DNA of 64,000 nucleotides from Chrysomallon squamiferum. Lineage: Eukaryota > Animalia > Mollusca. The stretch's first letter is position 1; every line of letters starts with the position of its first letter. The translations under genes were made by a program, and so were the position numbers. This document shows positions 1 to 11,556 of the stretch, piece by piece. The stretch covers positions 14,074,001 through 14,138,000 of the forward strand of contig CM022678.1 of assembly GCA_012295275.1 (NCBI GenBank). Direction: 5' to 3'. The notes below the pieces were generated by a model that searched no databases, was not told the DNA's origin, and saw only the letters and a program-made list of their open reading frames with translations.

Positions 1-1232
1 TATTTATTTACTAATTATATAATATTTAAAGTCTATTCATGTTTTGGCTAAATGATTTACGATAATCAATCACAGGCATAAAATATGTTTTACACCGGCC
101 ATTTTAACATTGGTATGCTAATAAAAGTGTCATATGACCGTTTAACAGTCTATTATTATTATTAATGTATTAGAAATTAGAGATGATTTCTGTGAGAAAC
201 TTTTATTTGTTATTAAACGGATCAACATTTTTTAAGAATACGCAATTATACCATCATCAAAGAAAGTATTCGTATATGTGATGTTTCATTTGGAACATGA
301 ATATCTGCTGCTGATTAGAAATACCCGTTTCAGTATTTGATGTTTCAGCGGTCGAGTATATATAATATAATAAATTAATAATAATATTGATATACTATAC
401 TCTAATTGTATGTACAATATCTTTTCATCGTTGTTTATAATATATGAATTGATGTTAATACTTTGGAAATTAAGATAATGTTTTAGAGAAATGTTTCATC
501 GTTGCAAAGTGTTCGCAGTCAGCCTCAAACTCACTTATAAACATAACTACGATAACAAATTGAAACAGAAAATAGAATCTTATTTGTTAAAAAAAAAATA
601 AAAAAATAAAAAAATAACAATAATAATAATAATATATATTTTAAAACTTTTTTATCTTTTTTTTTTTTTTTCATTCTTGAAGACAAATGAAAGCGATACA
701 GCAGCTATTAGAGCAGATATTTCATATTTAACAAAATAATACTAAATAAAAATAAGTTCCAAAAATCCAGATACATTCATTAATTCATTCTAAAGTATAT
801 ATATATATATATTGTTGTTGTTGTTTAATAATAATAGAGGAAAAACTAGATCAGATTTATGTTAATGTAATACTTTGTACTATAAAAACTAATAAATTTA
901 TCTTCTGATCATTTTTATTTTTTGCTTTCAGAAATGAAAAAATCTGAAGATCTACCTCATAGTTGAATTGAAGAAACAAAAATCTACATGAATATTTAAA
1001 TTATTTCAGTTACTTGCTTCTTTTTATGCTGCAAATTTTTATGCCACTTTTGAAAGGAAGTATTAATGAAACATTATTCAAATATTTTCAAGGCATAATC
1101 TTTTTAAAATTTCTCAAAAACAATTTTTGTGTGACCAGAGTTTTTTGATTCACAAGAGAATTCATTCTTGAAAGCCTTCAGATGTGAGCTTTGTGAAGTT
1201 ATTTCTCACTTCACTTTAATTTGAAAATTAAA

Positions 1233-2630
1233 ATGAGAATGATAGACTTGTGCAAAATGCTTCACACAGAATCAGAACCTAACTCACATAAATTTGAGAA
1301 ACAAAATGAGGAACCAAAAGATCACATAACAATTGATTCTGGTGAACTGATTACACAAAGTGTAGATTTAACTAATAACACTGGATTACACATTGATGAC
1401 AAACCTTTTAAATGTGATATTTGTACCAAATGCTTTTCATATCGTCAGAGTCTGAAACGACATATGACAGTACATACAGGTGAGAAACCATTTCACTGTG
1501 AGGTTTGTCCTAAATCATTTTCAGAAGGTTGGGAACTTAGAGGTCATATGAGAATTCACACTGGAGAAAAACCTTTTAAATGTGAGATCTGTGACAAACG
1601 CTTTTCACACCATCAAAGTTTGGTTTTTCATATAAGAATTCATTCTCGCAAATTTAAATGTGAGATTTGTGAAATCTCCTTTTCACAGAATAGGGAGTTT
1701 AAAAGTCATATGAGAATCCACACTGGAGAAAAACCTTACAAATGTGAAGTTTGTGAAGAATCATTTTCAGAAAGTGGGGAACTGCAAATTCACATGAAAA
1801 TTCACACAGGAGAGAAACCTTTTGAATGTGGTGTCTGTGCAAAATGTTTTCCACTTAAGGTTTTACTCAAAACGCACATGAAAGTTCACACTGGTGAGAA
1901 ACCTTTTCAGTGTGGTATATGTGGACGATGCTTTTTACAAAAAATGTCCCTGAAAAGACATATGACAATACACACTGAAGAGAAACCTTTTAAATGTGAG
2001 GTTTGTGAAAAATGTTTTTCTCGACAATATCGTTTGCGGGTTCACATGAGAATTCACACTGGTGAGAAACCTTTCCAGTGTGAAATTTGTGAAAAATGTT
2101 TTACACAAGGAAAAAATCTGAAACGTCATATGTTAGTTCATACTGGTGAAAAACCATTTGAATGTGAAGTGTGTGCAAAGTGCTTTGCCACTAAGGACTA
2201 TTTGAAGACGCATTTGAGAGTGCATACTGGCGAAAAGCCTTTTAAATGTGATATTTGTATGAAAAGCTTTTCTTTTGCAAAATGTCTTTACAGTCATATG
2301 AGAATTCACTCAGGTGAGAAACCATTTAAATGTGATGTTTGTATAAAATCTTTTTCGCAAAGTGGAGACCTGAAAAGACATTTGAGAATTCATACAGGTG
2401 AGAAACCATATAAATGTGAGATTTGTTCAAGATGTTTTATAGGAAGAAGTGAAGTGAAAAGTCACATGAGAGTACATACTGGTGAGAAACCTTATAAATG
2501 TGACCAGTGTTCTCATTTTTTCTCACACTGTCTCAGCCTGAAAATACACAAGAGAACTCATGATAACCATACGTCATCTTTTGACTGTCTTCAAAAGAAA
2601 AGTCTGGAAAATTCCTCATATATTTTCTAA
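1233..2630 (+). CDS. C2H2 zinc-finger protein (14 tandem fingers), single coding exon
   Basis: ORF with 14 CxxC...HxxxH repeats joined mostly by TGEKPF/Y linkers. First ATG is at 1233 (the ORF track starts at TTG 1221). Candidate acceptor ttttgctttcag at ~931. No KRAB/BTB/ZAD domain recognised. Confidence 0.9.
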   Translation: MRMIDLCKMLHTESEPNSHKFEKQNEEPKDHITIDSGELITQSVDLTNNTGLHIDDKPFKCDICTKCFSYRQSLKRHMTVHTGEKPFHCEVCPKSFSEGWELRGHMRIHTGEKPFKCEICDKRFSHHQSLVFHIRIHSRKFKCEICEISFSQNREFKSHMRIHTGEKPYKCEVCEESFSESGELQIHMKIHTGEKPFECGVCAKCFPLKVLLKTHMKVHTGEKPFQCGICGRCFLQKMSLKRHMTIHTEEKPFKCEVCEKCFSRQYRLRVHMRIHTGEKPFQCEICEKCFTQGKNLKRHMLVHTGEKPFECEVCAKCFATKDYLKTHLRVHTGEKPFKCDICMKSFSFAKCLYSHMRIHSGEKPFKCDVCIKSFSQSGDLKRHLRIHTGEKPYKCEICSRCFIGRSEVKSHMRVHTGEKPYKCDQCSHFFSHCLSLKIHKRTHDNHTSSFDCLQKKSLENSSYIF

Positions 2631-3796
2631 CAAAGTAACAAACAAAGATTGTTACGGTTGCTATGATAACCATCAAGCAAAATTCAGTTCACAGTTTGTA
2701 ATTTGTAAAATTGTTAGTTTTGTAACAGCTAAGTGAATGTGCAAACTGGTGAAATTTGGTGTAGAATGTGTAGTTTAAAAAAACAAAACACCCCCCCATA
2801 AATCAATTTTGTTTATTATTACCAATATACATTGTGTTATTTAATCTTAGGAGCTGGTCTCCACACTATGTTTTACTCTAGAAAGAGATCTATGGCAAAA
2901 ATAACCCCTTGCTGCTAGTAATAGTGATCCTGCTGCTATTGCTACTACCACTTCTGTTAATTTAAAGATACAATTTTGTATTACTAAATGATTTAACATG
3001 ATAGGCTGCATTATAAATTTCTTATCAAAGTGTATCAAACTATTATTTTACTAAACTGTAAAGAAACTGAAACAACTGACATAAGAATTTAACAGTAATA
3101 CTTTTTTTTAATGAAGCTTCTCTTGAATCAAACATTCATTGAACAGTCTTTGTAATAATATTTTACTAATAAATCTTTTTTGAACAGGCTGATAATTATA
3201 TACTAGTAACATAAAAACTTTTTTTTAATAATTTAAAACTGACACTATAAATATTTGTTTTATTAATAAATCATACTTATTCTTAATGTTTAATTATTCT
3301 TAATGTATAATTATTTAACAAGTTTGGTGGTTACAAAAACATTTCATCATTTTAGTATATATTTGTATGTATGTATCATTTTTATGTATATATGTATATG
3401 TGTATATGTATGTATGTATGTATATATGAAAAAATAAATTATATTTTAAACACTGTATAATATATGCATTTGTTTTTTGTGGTAAAACAAAATTGGAATA
3501 AATTTATTGTTAAAACCACTTGATTTTTCAAGTCCGTTTTTACATTTATTATAATTACTGTTTTCACCTGTTGTTGAATAGTCTCTGTAAACTTAGTTCT
3601 GTTATTTAAATTTCTAATTCTAAGTTGGACGACTTCACTAAAATAACACATTTACTAAAATCATCATCAAACAGATGACAGTCATTTGATGTATTTTACT
3701 AAAAGCATATAGAACAGATAAAAAAAAAACTGAAACAGGTTTATATTTTTATTTTATTTTTATTATTTTTTAAAGAACATTATATTTTAGACTATT

Positions 3797-3834
<38 letters not shown>

Positions 3835-4369
3835 AGAACAGTATAAAAACTATAATAGAGAGTAATACTGTCCTGTATTGAAAATAAATTTGTTTAGTTA
3901 GATGTGAATTATATAGCAATTTTCAGCACTGAAAATAAATATGTATCTACCTTATTTTTTGGCACAAAAGTCACTTGAAAATAATGATCTGCTATCATTC
4001 TCTTAAGTTAAAATATAATTATCACTTAAGAGGTTACAGTCGCTCTCTCACAAAATTGTTTGGACTCTTGTGCTTGTAACATTATTTAATAAGATTGTTT
4101 ATTAGTTCTACTGTTGAAAATACAGTAATATTTCAACACGTATACAAACAGTTTATTATTTTTATAATGATTATTTGAAAACAGAAAAACCTGTACAAAG
4201 GTTTTTTTCCTGTGTTTATTTCCATATGATAGAAAAATCTTGAAATTATGCCTCTAATAGGTATTAACAAATGTAATAATAAACAACAAAAATCGCCAAA
4301 CAAAACAAAAAAAATGTATTATATATAAATGTAAGTATGTACAGAAATAATAATAATAATAATAATAAA

Positions 4370-5400
4370 TAGTTAGGATTACCATTAGGGTTCAGTCAGG
4401 GTTAGGTTTAAAGTTAAGGTTAATCTTAAGCTGAGGATTAGGATTTGTATTTTGATTGGGTTATTATGGTTAAGATTGCCATTAAAGATATAGTTAGCAT
4501 GTTAGGGTTAGGAATATGGTTATGGTTACTACTTTGGTTAGAATTACAGTTAGGATTACACTTAGGATTAGGATTAAGGTTAGGGTTATGGTTAGTCCTA
4601 GCATTACTGAAATATGGTTACTGTTAGGTTTAGTGTGTTTATATAAGGTTAGGATTAGGTTTAGGTATAGAGTAGCTGTAAGGAAGGGTAAGGGTTAGGT
4701 AGGGTTAGTATTGGAGTTAGGATTAGTCCATTTATGATTTGTATTACATTTAGTGCTTGTATAAAGGACAAGGTTAGGATCATGCTTAGGTTTAGGATTA
4801 AGTTTAAGGTTAGGATGAGCTCCAGGGTTAGGTATATAATTAAATACCAAATTATCTCAAGAGTCTTGGCATAAAACTTTGAAACTTTAACATGAATGCT
4901 AGAATAAAAGTTTTATTTCAATAAATCCTTAATTTTAGAATTAAGGTTAGGGTTAACATTAAGGTTTTAGATATAATGTTAGGTATAGATTTAAATATTA
5001 ATTTATCTCAGTCTTTTAATATAAAATTTTATGACAAGTTTTACAAGTAAGTTTACTGCTAGAAGTATAGTTAGGGTTAGCATGGAGATTAGGTTTAGAG
5101 TTACAGTTATGGTTAGGTATAGACTGATTTCAAACATAATATCTTTCTATAAATTAAGGGGAGAAATTTAGGATGAGTGTTTGGATAAAGATTAAAATCG
5201 CTTTATTTCAGTAAATCTTTACTTTATAATATTATTTGAACTAAGGTAGGCTTAGGGTTCCGATTAGAGTTGTCATTAGATTAATGGTTATGGTTAGGTA
5301 CAGATTTAAATATCAGTTTATTTCAAGAGACCATGTTTAAGATTAGGTTAAAAGATTAGGTTAAAATTTAGGTTAGGATAGGGTTAAGTTTAGAATTATT
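4370..5400 (+). repeat. Degenerate TTAGGG/GGTTAG-like hexamer tract (interstitial telomere-like repeat)
   Basis: Many ttaggg, ttagga, ttaggt and ttaagg variants over ~1 kb, e.g. gttagggttaggaatatggttatggtt and aagggttaggtagggttag. Confidence 0.75.
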
Positions 5401-7335
5401 ATTATTATTATGTGTTGTTGTAGTAATAGTAGTGGTGGTGGTAATAGTAATAGAGCAGCAATATCCAGCAGCAGTATCAGTAGTAATATCTCTGAGCACA
5501 TTTAATAGAAGTCGTGCCATTACAATATTTTTTTACTCTTTAAGTAATAAAAATCGAATCTAATTATTTTATTGTAGTGCCTTATATGAACTTCTTTATT
5601 AATTACTTTAATGACCAAATTCCCAGGGTTTTCAGCTTTCTGGTCAGTCTCTGGCGATGCAAAGTGGGTTAACATTGCTTTCCATGAAATAGAGCTGGCT
5701 ACAGAGGCTGATAATAATTGAATAACAGAGAACTTTGCTAGAAAAAAAAAATTAAAAAATAATCCACACACAAATAAGACTGTTGTAGTTTCTGCGTACA
5801 TTTTTGATATATAAAAAACCCGTAAACGAAACCTGATATATGGGACTATCGTCACTGACAATCTATCATAAGAGCAAAATAAGTGATACACCGATATTTA
5901 GCACTAGTATTAATAAATTTCAAATAGGGCGGAAGGTTACAGTCGATTTTATAAAATTTTATAATAAATTAATAGAAACATAATTAAGATAACTTATTTG
6001 ATAAAATGAAGGAATTATGTAAGTGTATTATCTCATACAGAAATAAATGTACGTTTCCGTTTACCTTTCCCAGTAGGCTATTTTAGTATTTATTTATTTA
6101 TTTTTTTATTATTTTTATTATTATTATTATTCTTATATATTCTAGAATATGTTAACTATTATATTAAGACGTTGTGCATAATAATTAGTCTAATTAGTAG
6201 TAATAATAACAAAATTATGTTGATTACGGATTAGATCGAGAGTTTACAAACTAACGATACTAATCATTATCAGATAATATCAACAGATACTGGTTTATAA
6301 ATTAAGTGGAACCTGACACACAATTTATAAACCATAAACATCATGAAGATGGTAAAGTCTAAAAGTGCTAGTTTTTTCCATGAAATAATGTGCACATTCA
6401 CATCTGCACACCAACATATATATACAATACTGTCTTGACCACAGACATAAAACAAATGTAAATAACTTGCAAAATATATATACATTTTTACTGTAGTTTT
6501 GTAATTAGGAGAATTAATAAAATTATTTAAATTATCTTTAAAACTGCTTTATATCTGTCAACGAGAACCATACAATTAGCATAAATAACACATGGAAAGT
6601 ATAACTTATTAAGGGATTAAAGAACATAGAGAATATTTTTTTGTTAATGTGTAAACTTAATAAAATTATGTCATTTCCTTAAACTTGGCATGTTTCTGCG
6701 TTTTGGGTCCTCTGAGAAATGGAGATTGATGTAAATATTTTACTGTGATTTATATTTGTATGTAAAAACTTAAGTGAAATGTTTTTTAATTCTTTTCTCT
6801 AGTATTGTTATTTTTTATGTATTTTGTAATTAATTCATTATCTTTTATTATGATTTTAAGTGCTGAATGTTGTTATATATATATATATATATATATATAC
6901 ATAAGTATATATGTATTTCCAGTGAAATAAGCTGTTACAAATATATGTAATTAAATTAATAATAATAATACAAATAATAATAATAATTAATAAATAAATA
7001 AATAAATAAAATAATTATAATAATAATAGAAGATTTGTTTTACTGTGTAGAAAAGAATCTAGTCTACAAACGCCCTAGTTAAGTCATGGCTGCAAAACTA
7101 GAGTTACCCTGGTTTCTCTTTATCCGCAACTTTTATTTGCAGACAAAATGGCATAACTGAGTATTTATGAAGTTATTGTATCTTTTATATATAAATCTAT
7201 GATTAACCTTTGTTACAATTGTTATTTTAATTTTATTTTCAGAATCAGGCTGAATTTGAACAGCTACCTCTAATTTGCAGAGCTGAAAATTTAAAATAAT
7301 AATTACATTCTCCAGATTATTTCAGTTATTGAAAA

Positions 7336-8538
7336 ATGAATTGTGAAATGTGTTGGAAAGTATTTCCAAGTCACAGCCATCTAGAGAAGCACATGAGAGT
7401 TCATACAGGTGAGAAACCATTTAAATGTGAAGTTTGTGAAAAAAGATTTTCACAGCAGGAAAATCTGAAAATTCATATGAGAATTCACACAGGTGAAAAA
7501 CCTTTTCAGTGTGAGGTTTGTGCAAAATGTTTTACATTGAATCAGAATCTAAAAACTCATATGAGATTACATGCTGCTGAGAAACATTTTGTATGTGATA
7601 TTTGTGGAAAATCTTTTTCACAAAGTGTGGAACTGAAAATTCATTTAACCGTTCATACTGGCAAAGTTTGTAAAGAGGTATTTTTAAAAAATGGACATTT
7701 AGCTAGTACCTTGGACTTTCACACAGATGATAAGCCATTCAAATGTGAGGTTTGTGCAAAAGGGTTTTCACGAGATGAGTATCTGAAAAACCATATGAAA
7801 ATTCACAGTGGAGAGAAACCCTTTAAATGTGGAGTTTGTGAAAAAAGCTTTACTCTCAACCAGTCATTAAAAATTCACATGAGAATGCATACAGGAGAAA
7901 AGCCTTTTAAATGTGATGTTTGCCCCAGATCATTTTCTCACAGCCAGTCACTGAAAATTCACATGTCAAATCACACAGGTGAAAAACCATTTAAATGTGG
8001 AGTTTGTGCAAAATCATTCTCGCAAACTGGTGATCTGACCTCTCATATGAGAATACATACAGGTGAAAAACCTTTCAAATGTGAAATCTGTACAAAAGGC
8101 TTTGCACAGCGTCAGAACTTGAAGAGTCATATAAAGATTCACACTGGTGAAAGACCTTTTCAGTGTGAGGTGTGTGCAAAATGTTTTATACAAAATCTAG
8201 ATCTGAAACGACACATGAGAGTTCATTCTGGTGAGAAGCCATTCATATGTGAGATATGTGCAAAATGTTTTTCTGAAAGACCACATCTCAGAAGACACAT
8301 GGTAATTCATAGTGGAGAAAAGCCTTTTAAATGTGAAGTTTGTGAAAAAGGGTTTTCTCAGAAACAGTGTCTGAACAGCCACATGAGAATTCACACAGGT
8401 GAGAAACCGTATCGTTGTGACTTGTGTTTTCAGAATTTTTCACATCTTTGCAGCATGAAAAAACACAAAAGACTGCACAACAGAGCTCCATCATCATTTG
8501 ATTATCTTCTACTTGAAAATATTATTGGATATCAGTAA
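7336..8538 (+). CDS. C2H2 zinc-finger protein (13 intact fingers plus 1 degenerate), fingers-only, single coding exon
   Basis: 400-aa ORF whose fingers begin at residue 3, with TGEKPF linkers. An in-frame TGA at 7330-7332 fixes the ATG. Candidate 5'UTR acceptor ttttattttcag at ~7242. Confidence 0.92.
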   Translation: MNCEMCWKVFPSHSHLEKHMRVHTGEKPFKCEVCEKRFSQQENLKIHMRIHTGEKPFQCEVCAKCFTLNQNLKTHMRLHAAEKHFVCDICGKSFSQSVELKIHLTVHTGKVCKEVFLKNGHLASTLDFHTDDKPFKCEVCAKGFSRDEYLKNHMKIHSGEKPFKCGVCEKSFTLNQSLKIHMRMHTGEKPFKCDVCPRSFSHSQSLKIHMSNHTGEKPFKCGVCAKSFSQTGDLTSHMRIHTGEKPFKCEICTKGFAQRQNLKSHIKIHTGERPFQCEVCAKCFIQNLDLKRHMRVHSGEKPFICEICAKCFSERPHLRRHMVIHSGEKPFKCEVCEKGFSQKQCLNSHMRIHTGEKPYRCDLCFQNFSHLCSMKKHKRLHNRAPSSFDYLLLENIIGYQ

Positions 8539-10748
8539 TTTAAATTACAGGGTTGTTTGAAACAGAAATAAATATGGTATTGATCCATCCAGTGTTTAGA
8601 AACATTACATTAAAAAGTTATATTTAACAACAATAAGTCCACATTATTATACAACACAGTATAAATATACATCTGTGTAAGATTTAAGCTACAAGAAAGA
8701 AAACAATCGTGTCATGAATGTTTCTCATTCTGAATTTAATCATTACTGAATACTTTGTTATGGTGTCATTCTATAGGATATTATTTTCATGTTGGAAAAA
8801 AAAAAAAAAAAATACTTAGTTGGAAAAAAAAACAAGGAGGAAGGTTAATGTATGGCAGAACTGTGTAAATGGATATTATAAATTGATAATAAAAAATATC
8901 CAATATCAGATTTCATGTGTCTACATGTTTTATTTTTACATTTTGTAATTCTATCAAATATACTACTGTTCAGTTATATTTGTGTGAATTATATGGTGCA
9001 ACAAGAAGGGACATCCCTCTTGTATCATACACTTTTAGGCATATACCTATTGGTTGAAATATTACAGTTAATTTTGGTTTTGAAAATTAGAATGTGACCT
9101 GGATTGATTAGACTTATTTTAGACTCATTATTATTCATTGTTATTTTTAAATTTTAAATGAACATGTTACAGGACTACAGCATTTGATCAGAGAGTTATG
9201 ATATTATACAAGCTTTTGAGAAAACAATACTAAAGTTAAAATCAGAGTGTGTATAAAAAAAACACTCAATTATATATGAAGAAGGAACCCACAAGAACAA
9301 AATGAAGAAACAAATGATGCAGCTCTATGAACAATTTTTTTTCTATTATGAATGTGTTGCCATTTAGTAAATAACAGTAATAAAATCACATAAATGGATA
9401 CAAGAATTTAAAGTTATAGCAGCATTAATACCAAAAGAGACATATATTTATTTTACAACTACATAAAATGTTATGGTTAGTGATTATACACTTTACATTT
9501 ATTAGGTCACATTACATATACACTGAACACCATTCATTTTTATATTATTTTCAGTATTTTTTATTTCTTTCGTTCTACATAAATTATATTTATACTGAGT
9601 TATTTTCACAAGAATAGTTAATGAATTTTCAAATAAATTTGTTATACAGTTGTTTGTTTAATTTGTTTTAAATTACATCATTATATTTAAGACTATACAG
9701 TTTTAATCTAGTTATTACTGATAGCTCAGTGAACCAGATAATTTTGTAAAAACTAATATTAATAATTAAAAAAAATATATCTTAATTATGCCTTGATTAA
9801 ATTACTTGGACCTTTCTGTAATGTCAGAATGTTCTTTATCATTTAAGCTGATATGTGAAGTATTTAGTTGATATTATTATGTGATATATTCAATGTGTTA
9901 AATTAAGTTTTATATTGATTTGGATTACTCTTAATCTGGTTTAATTTTTTTTAAGTTGAAATTTAACACTATAAAGGCAATGTATTTATTCACTCAGAAA
10001 TATAATTTATATAAATTTGAAACACACCATTTAACAGATACTTATTTGCTGGACTTCAGAAAATCCAGACTAAATCTTCATTAAATACTTACATACACAC
10101 ATACATACATGCATACATGCATACATGACATACAAACATATATACATACATACATATAACCAGTAGTTTTAAATTTTGTTAATTGACAATGATGCCACTG
10201 TATGATCATGGTAAAACAACCTCAATATGTTGCCCATCAGTTAAAAGTTAGATTTTTCCAGACAAACTTTCAAACCTTTTTTTGTTAAGTGCAGGGCCAA
10301 CTGTATTTTTTGTTGATTTATTTGAGTCTTTGGAATTTATTGTTCTATGCGTGACTGGCAGTTGAAAGCATTTAATGATTTCACAGGATGATTAACAAAT
10401 TCGACCGATAAATGGCGATATGTATTTTTCCTTTGGTGATTCAAATAAAATCCGATAGAAATTTTTATTTCATTAAAAAAAAAAAAAAAAAAAAATTATT
10501 TACTTATTTAAAGATTTTCAATTTAGAAATTTTTTTTTTGATCTGTTGTGCTTTCTTGATTATATGAGTATATGTTTTATGAAATGTTTATTTTTTGTAA
10601 ACGTTAACTCGTCATGAAACCATTAGATTAGTCTGTCTGCTTTACGGAATTCCCCCAGAACATAATTCCGGGTATCGATAATAGAATGTAACTTTACTAA
10701 CAAGTTTCCTGCGGTACATTTAGTTATTACCAGTTTTGTTTTTATCAC

Positions 10749-10756
10749 TGACGTGT
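10749..10756 (+). promoter_or_regulatory. UPRE/XBP1-like bZIP site TGACGTGT just upstream of the SDF2 start codon
   Basis: ctgacgtgtcc lies ~10 nt before the ATG in a CpG-rich segment. SDF2L1-family genes are known unfolded-protein-response targets. Confidence 0.4.
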
Positions 10757-10765
10757 CCAGAAAGC

Positions 10766-10847
10766 ATGGCGGCGGTTATGATGGAGCGTCTGCAATTGTT
10801 TGTTTCTTTTATTTTCTTCCTAACATTTGGTCCCACTTTTTCAAAAG
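10766..10847 (+). CDS. SDF2: SDF2 exon 1 (signal peptide)
   Basis: MAAVMMERLQLFVSFIFFLTFGPTFSK followed by the G|gtatta donor. Its phase 1 matches exon 2. Confidence 0.8.
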
Positions 10848-11283
10848 GTATTAGAAATGTTTTAGTATATGCTTATGTATATATCACCAAATTTAACCGA
10901 TTGACATTTTATCAATGGACTCAGATGTTTTATGAACCTCGTATCGTCGCGGTATGGGTTTTGACGCACTTTCGTTACATAACAATTACGGTAACACTGA
11001 TATACTGAATATAGCTAAAAGTACTATTTTTTCATTAGGCAGGTTTTATCCATACATGAACAACTCCATATATCCAAAGTTTTCAATCTATTTTTATGGA
11101 ATCTTACACGTTCTGCATTAAAACCCATACCACATTAAAAAGGTAAGAATCTTAGAATCATAGAATGTTACAGTAGACACAAACTAACCAGAAACAAACA
11201 AAAAATCGAAATATATATTGAATTTAATGATTATATTTTTTATCGTGTGTGTATGCGTATATATATATATGTATATATATGTA

Positions 11284-11337
<54 letters not shown>

Positions 11338-11520
11338 ACACGTTTGACCATTCTGTTAAAGATTTTCATAGCCTTTCTTTTTCTTTATAATATCCACTTT
11401 TCACCATACATTTTAATCAAACTTGAAGGATGAAACACACACACATTATGTTATGTCTCTGTCAGTAACAAGAAGAAAAATATTGTTGCTTATCTGCATT
11501 AAAACCGATATCACAAAGAT

Positions 11521-11556
<36 letters not shown>

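Noticed and set aside
2847-3038. Small membrane-protein-like ORF (VVVAIAAGSLLLAARG)
   Set aside because: The hydrophobic stretch derives from a degenerate AGT/AGC microsatellite, and no in-frame upstream exon chain could be built.
3340-3670. Minus-strand TGATGA motifs suggesting C/D snoRNAs
   Set aside because: No CTGA D box at a suitable distance and no terminal stem.
4445-4698. LGLGLRL and VRVRIR ORFs
   Set aside because: Translations of the TTAGGG-like repeat.
1935-8394. Short antisense ORFs inside the ZNF genes (1935-2129 and 8197-8394)
   Set aside because: Shadow ORFs of the repetitive finger codons.
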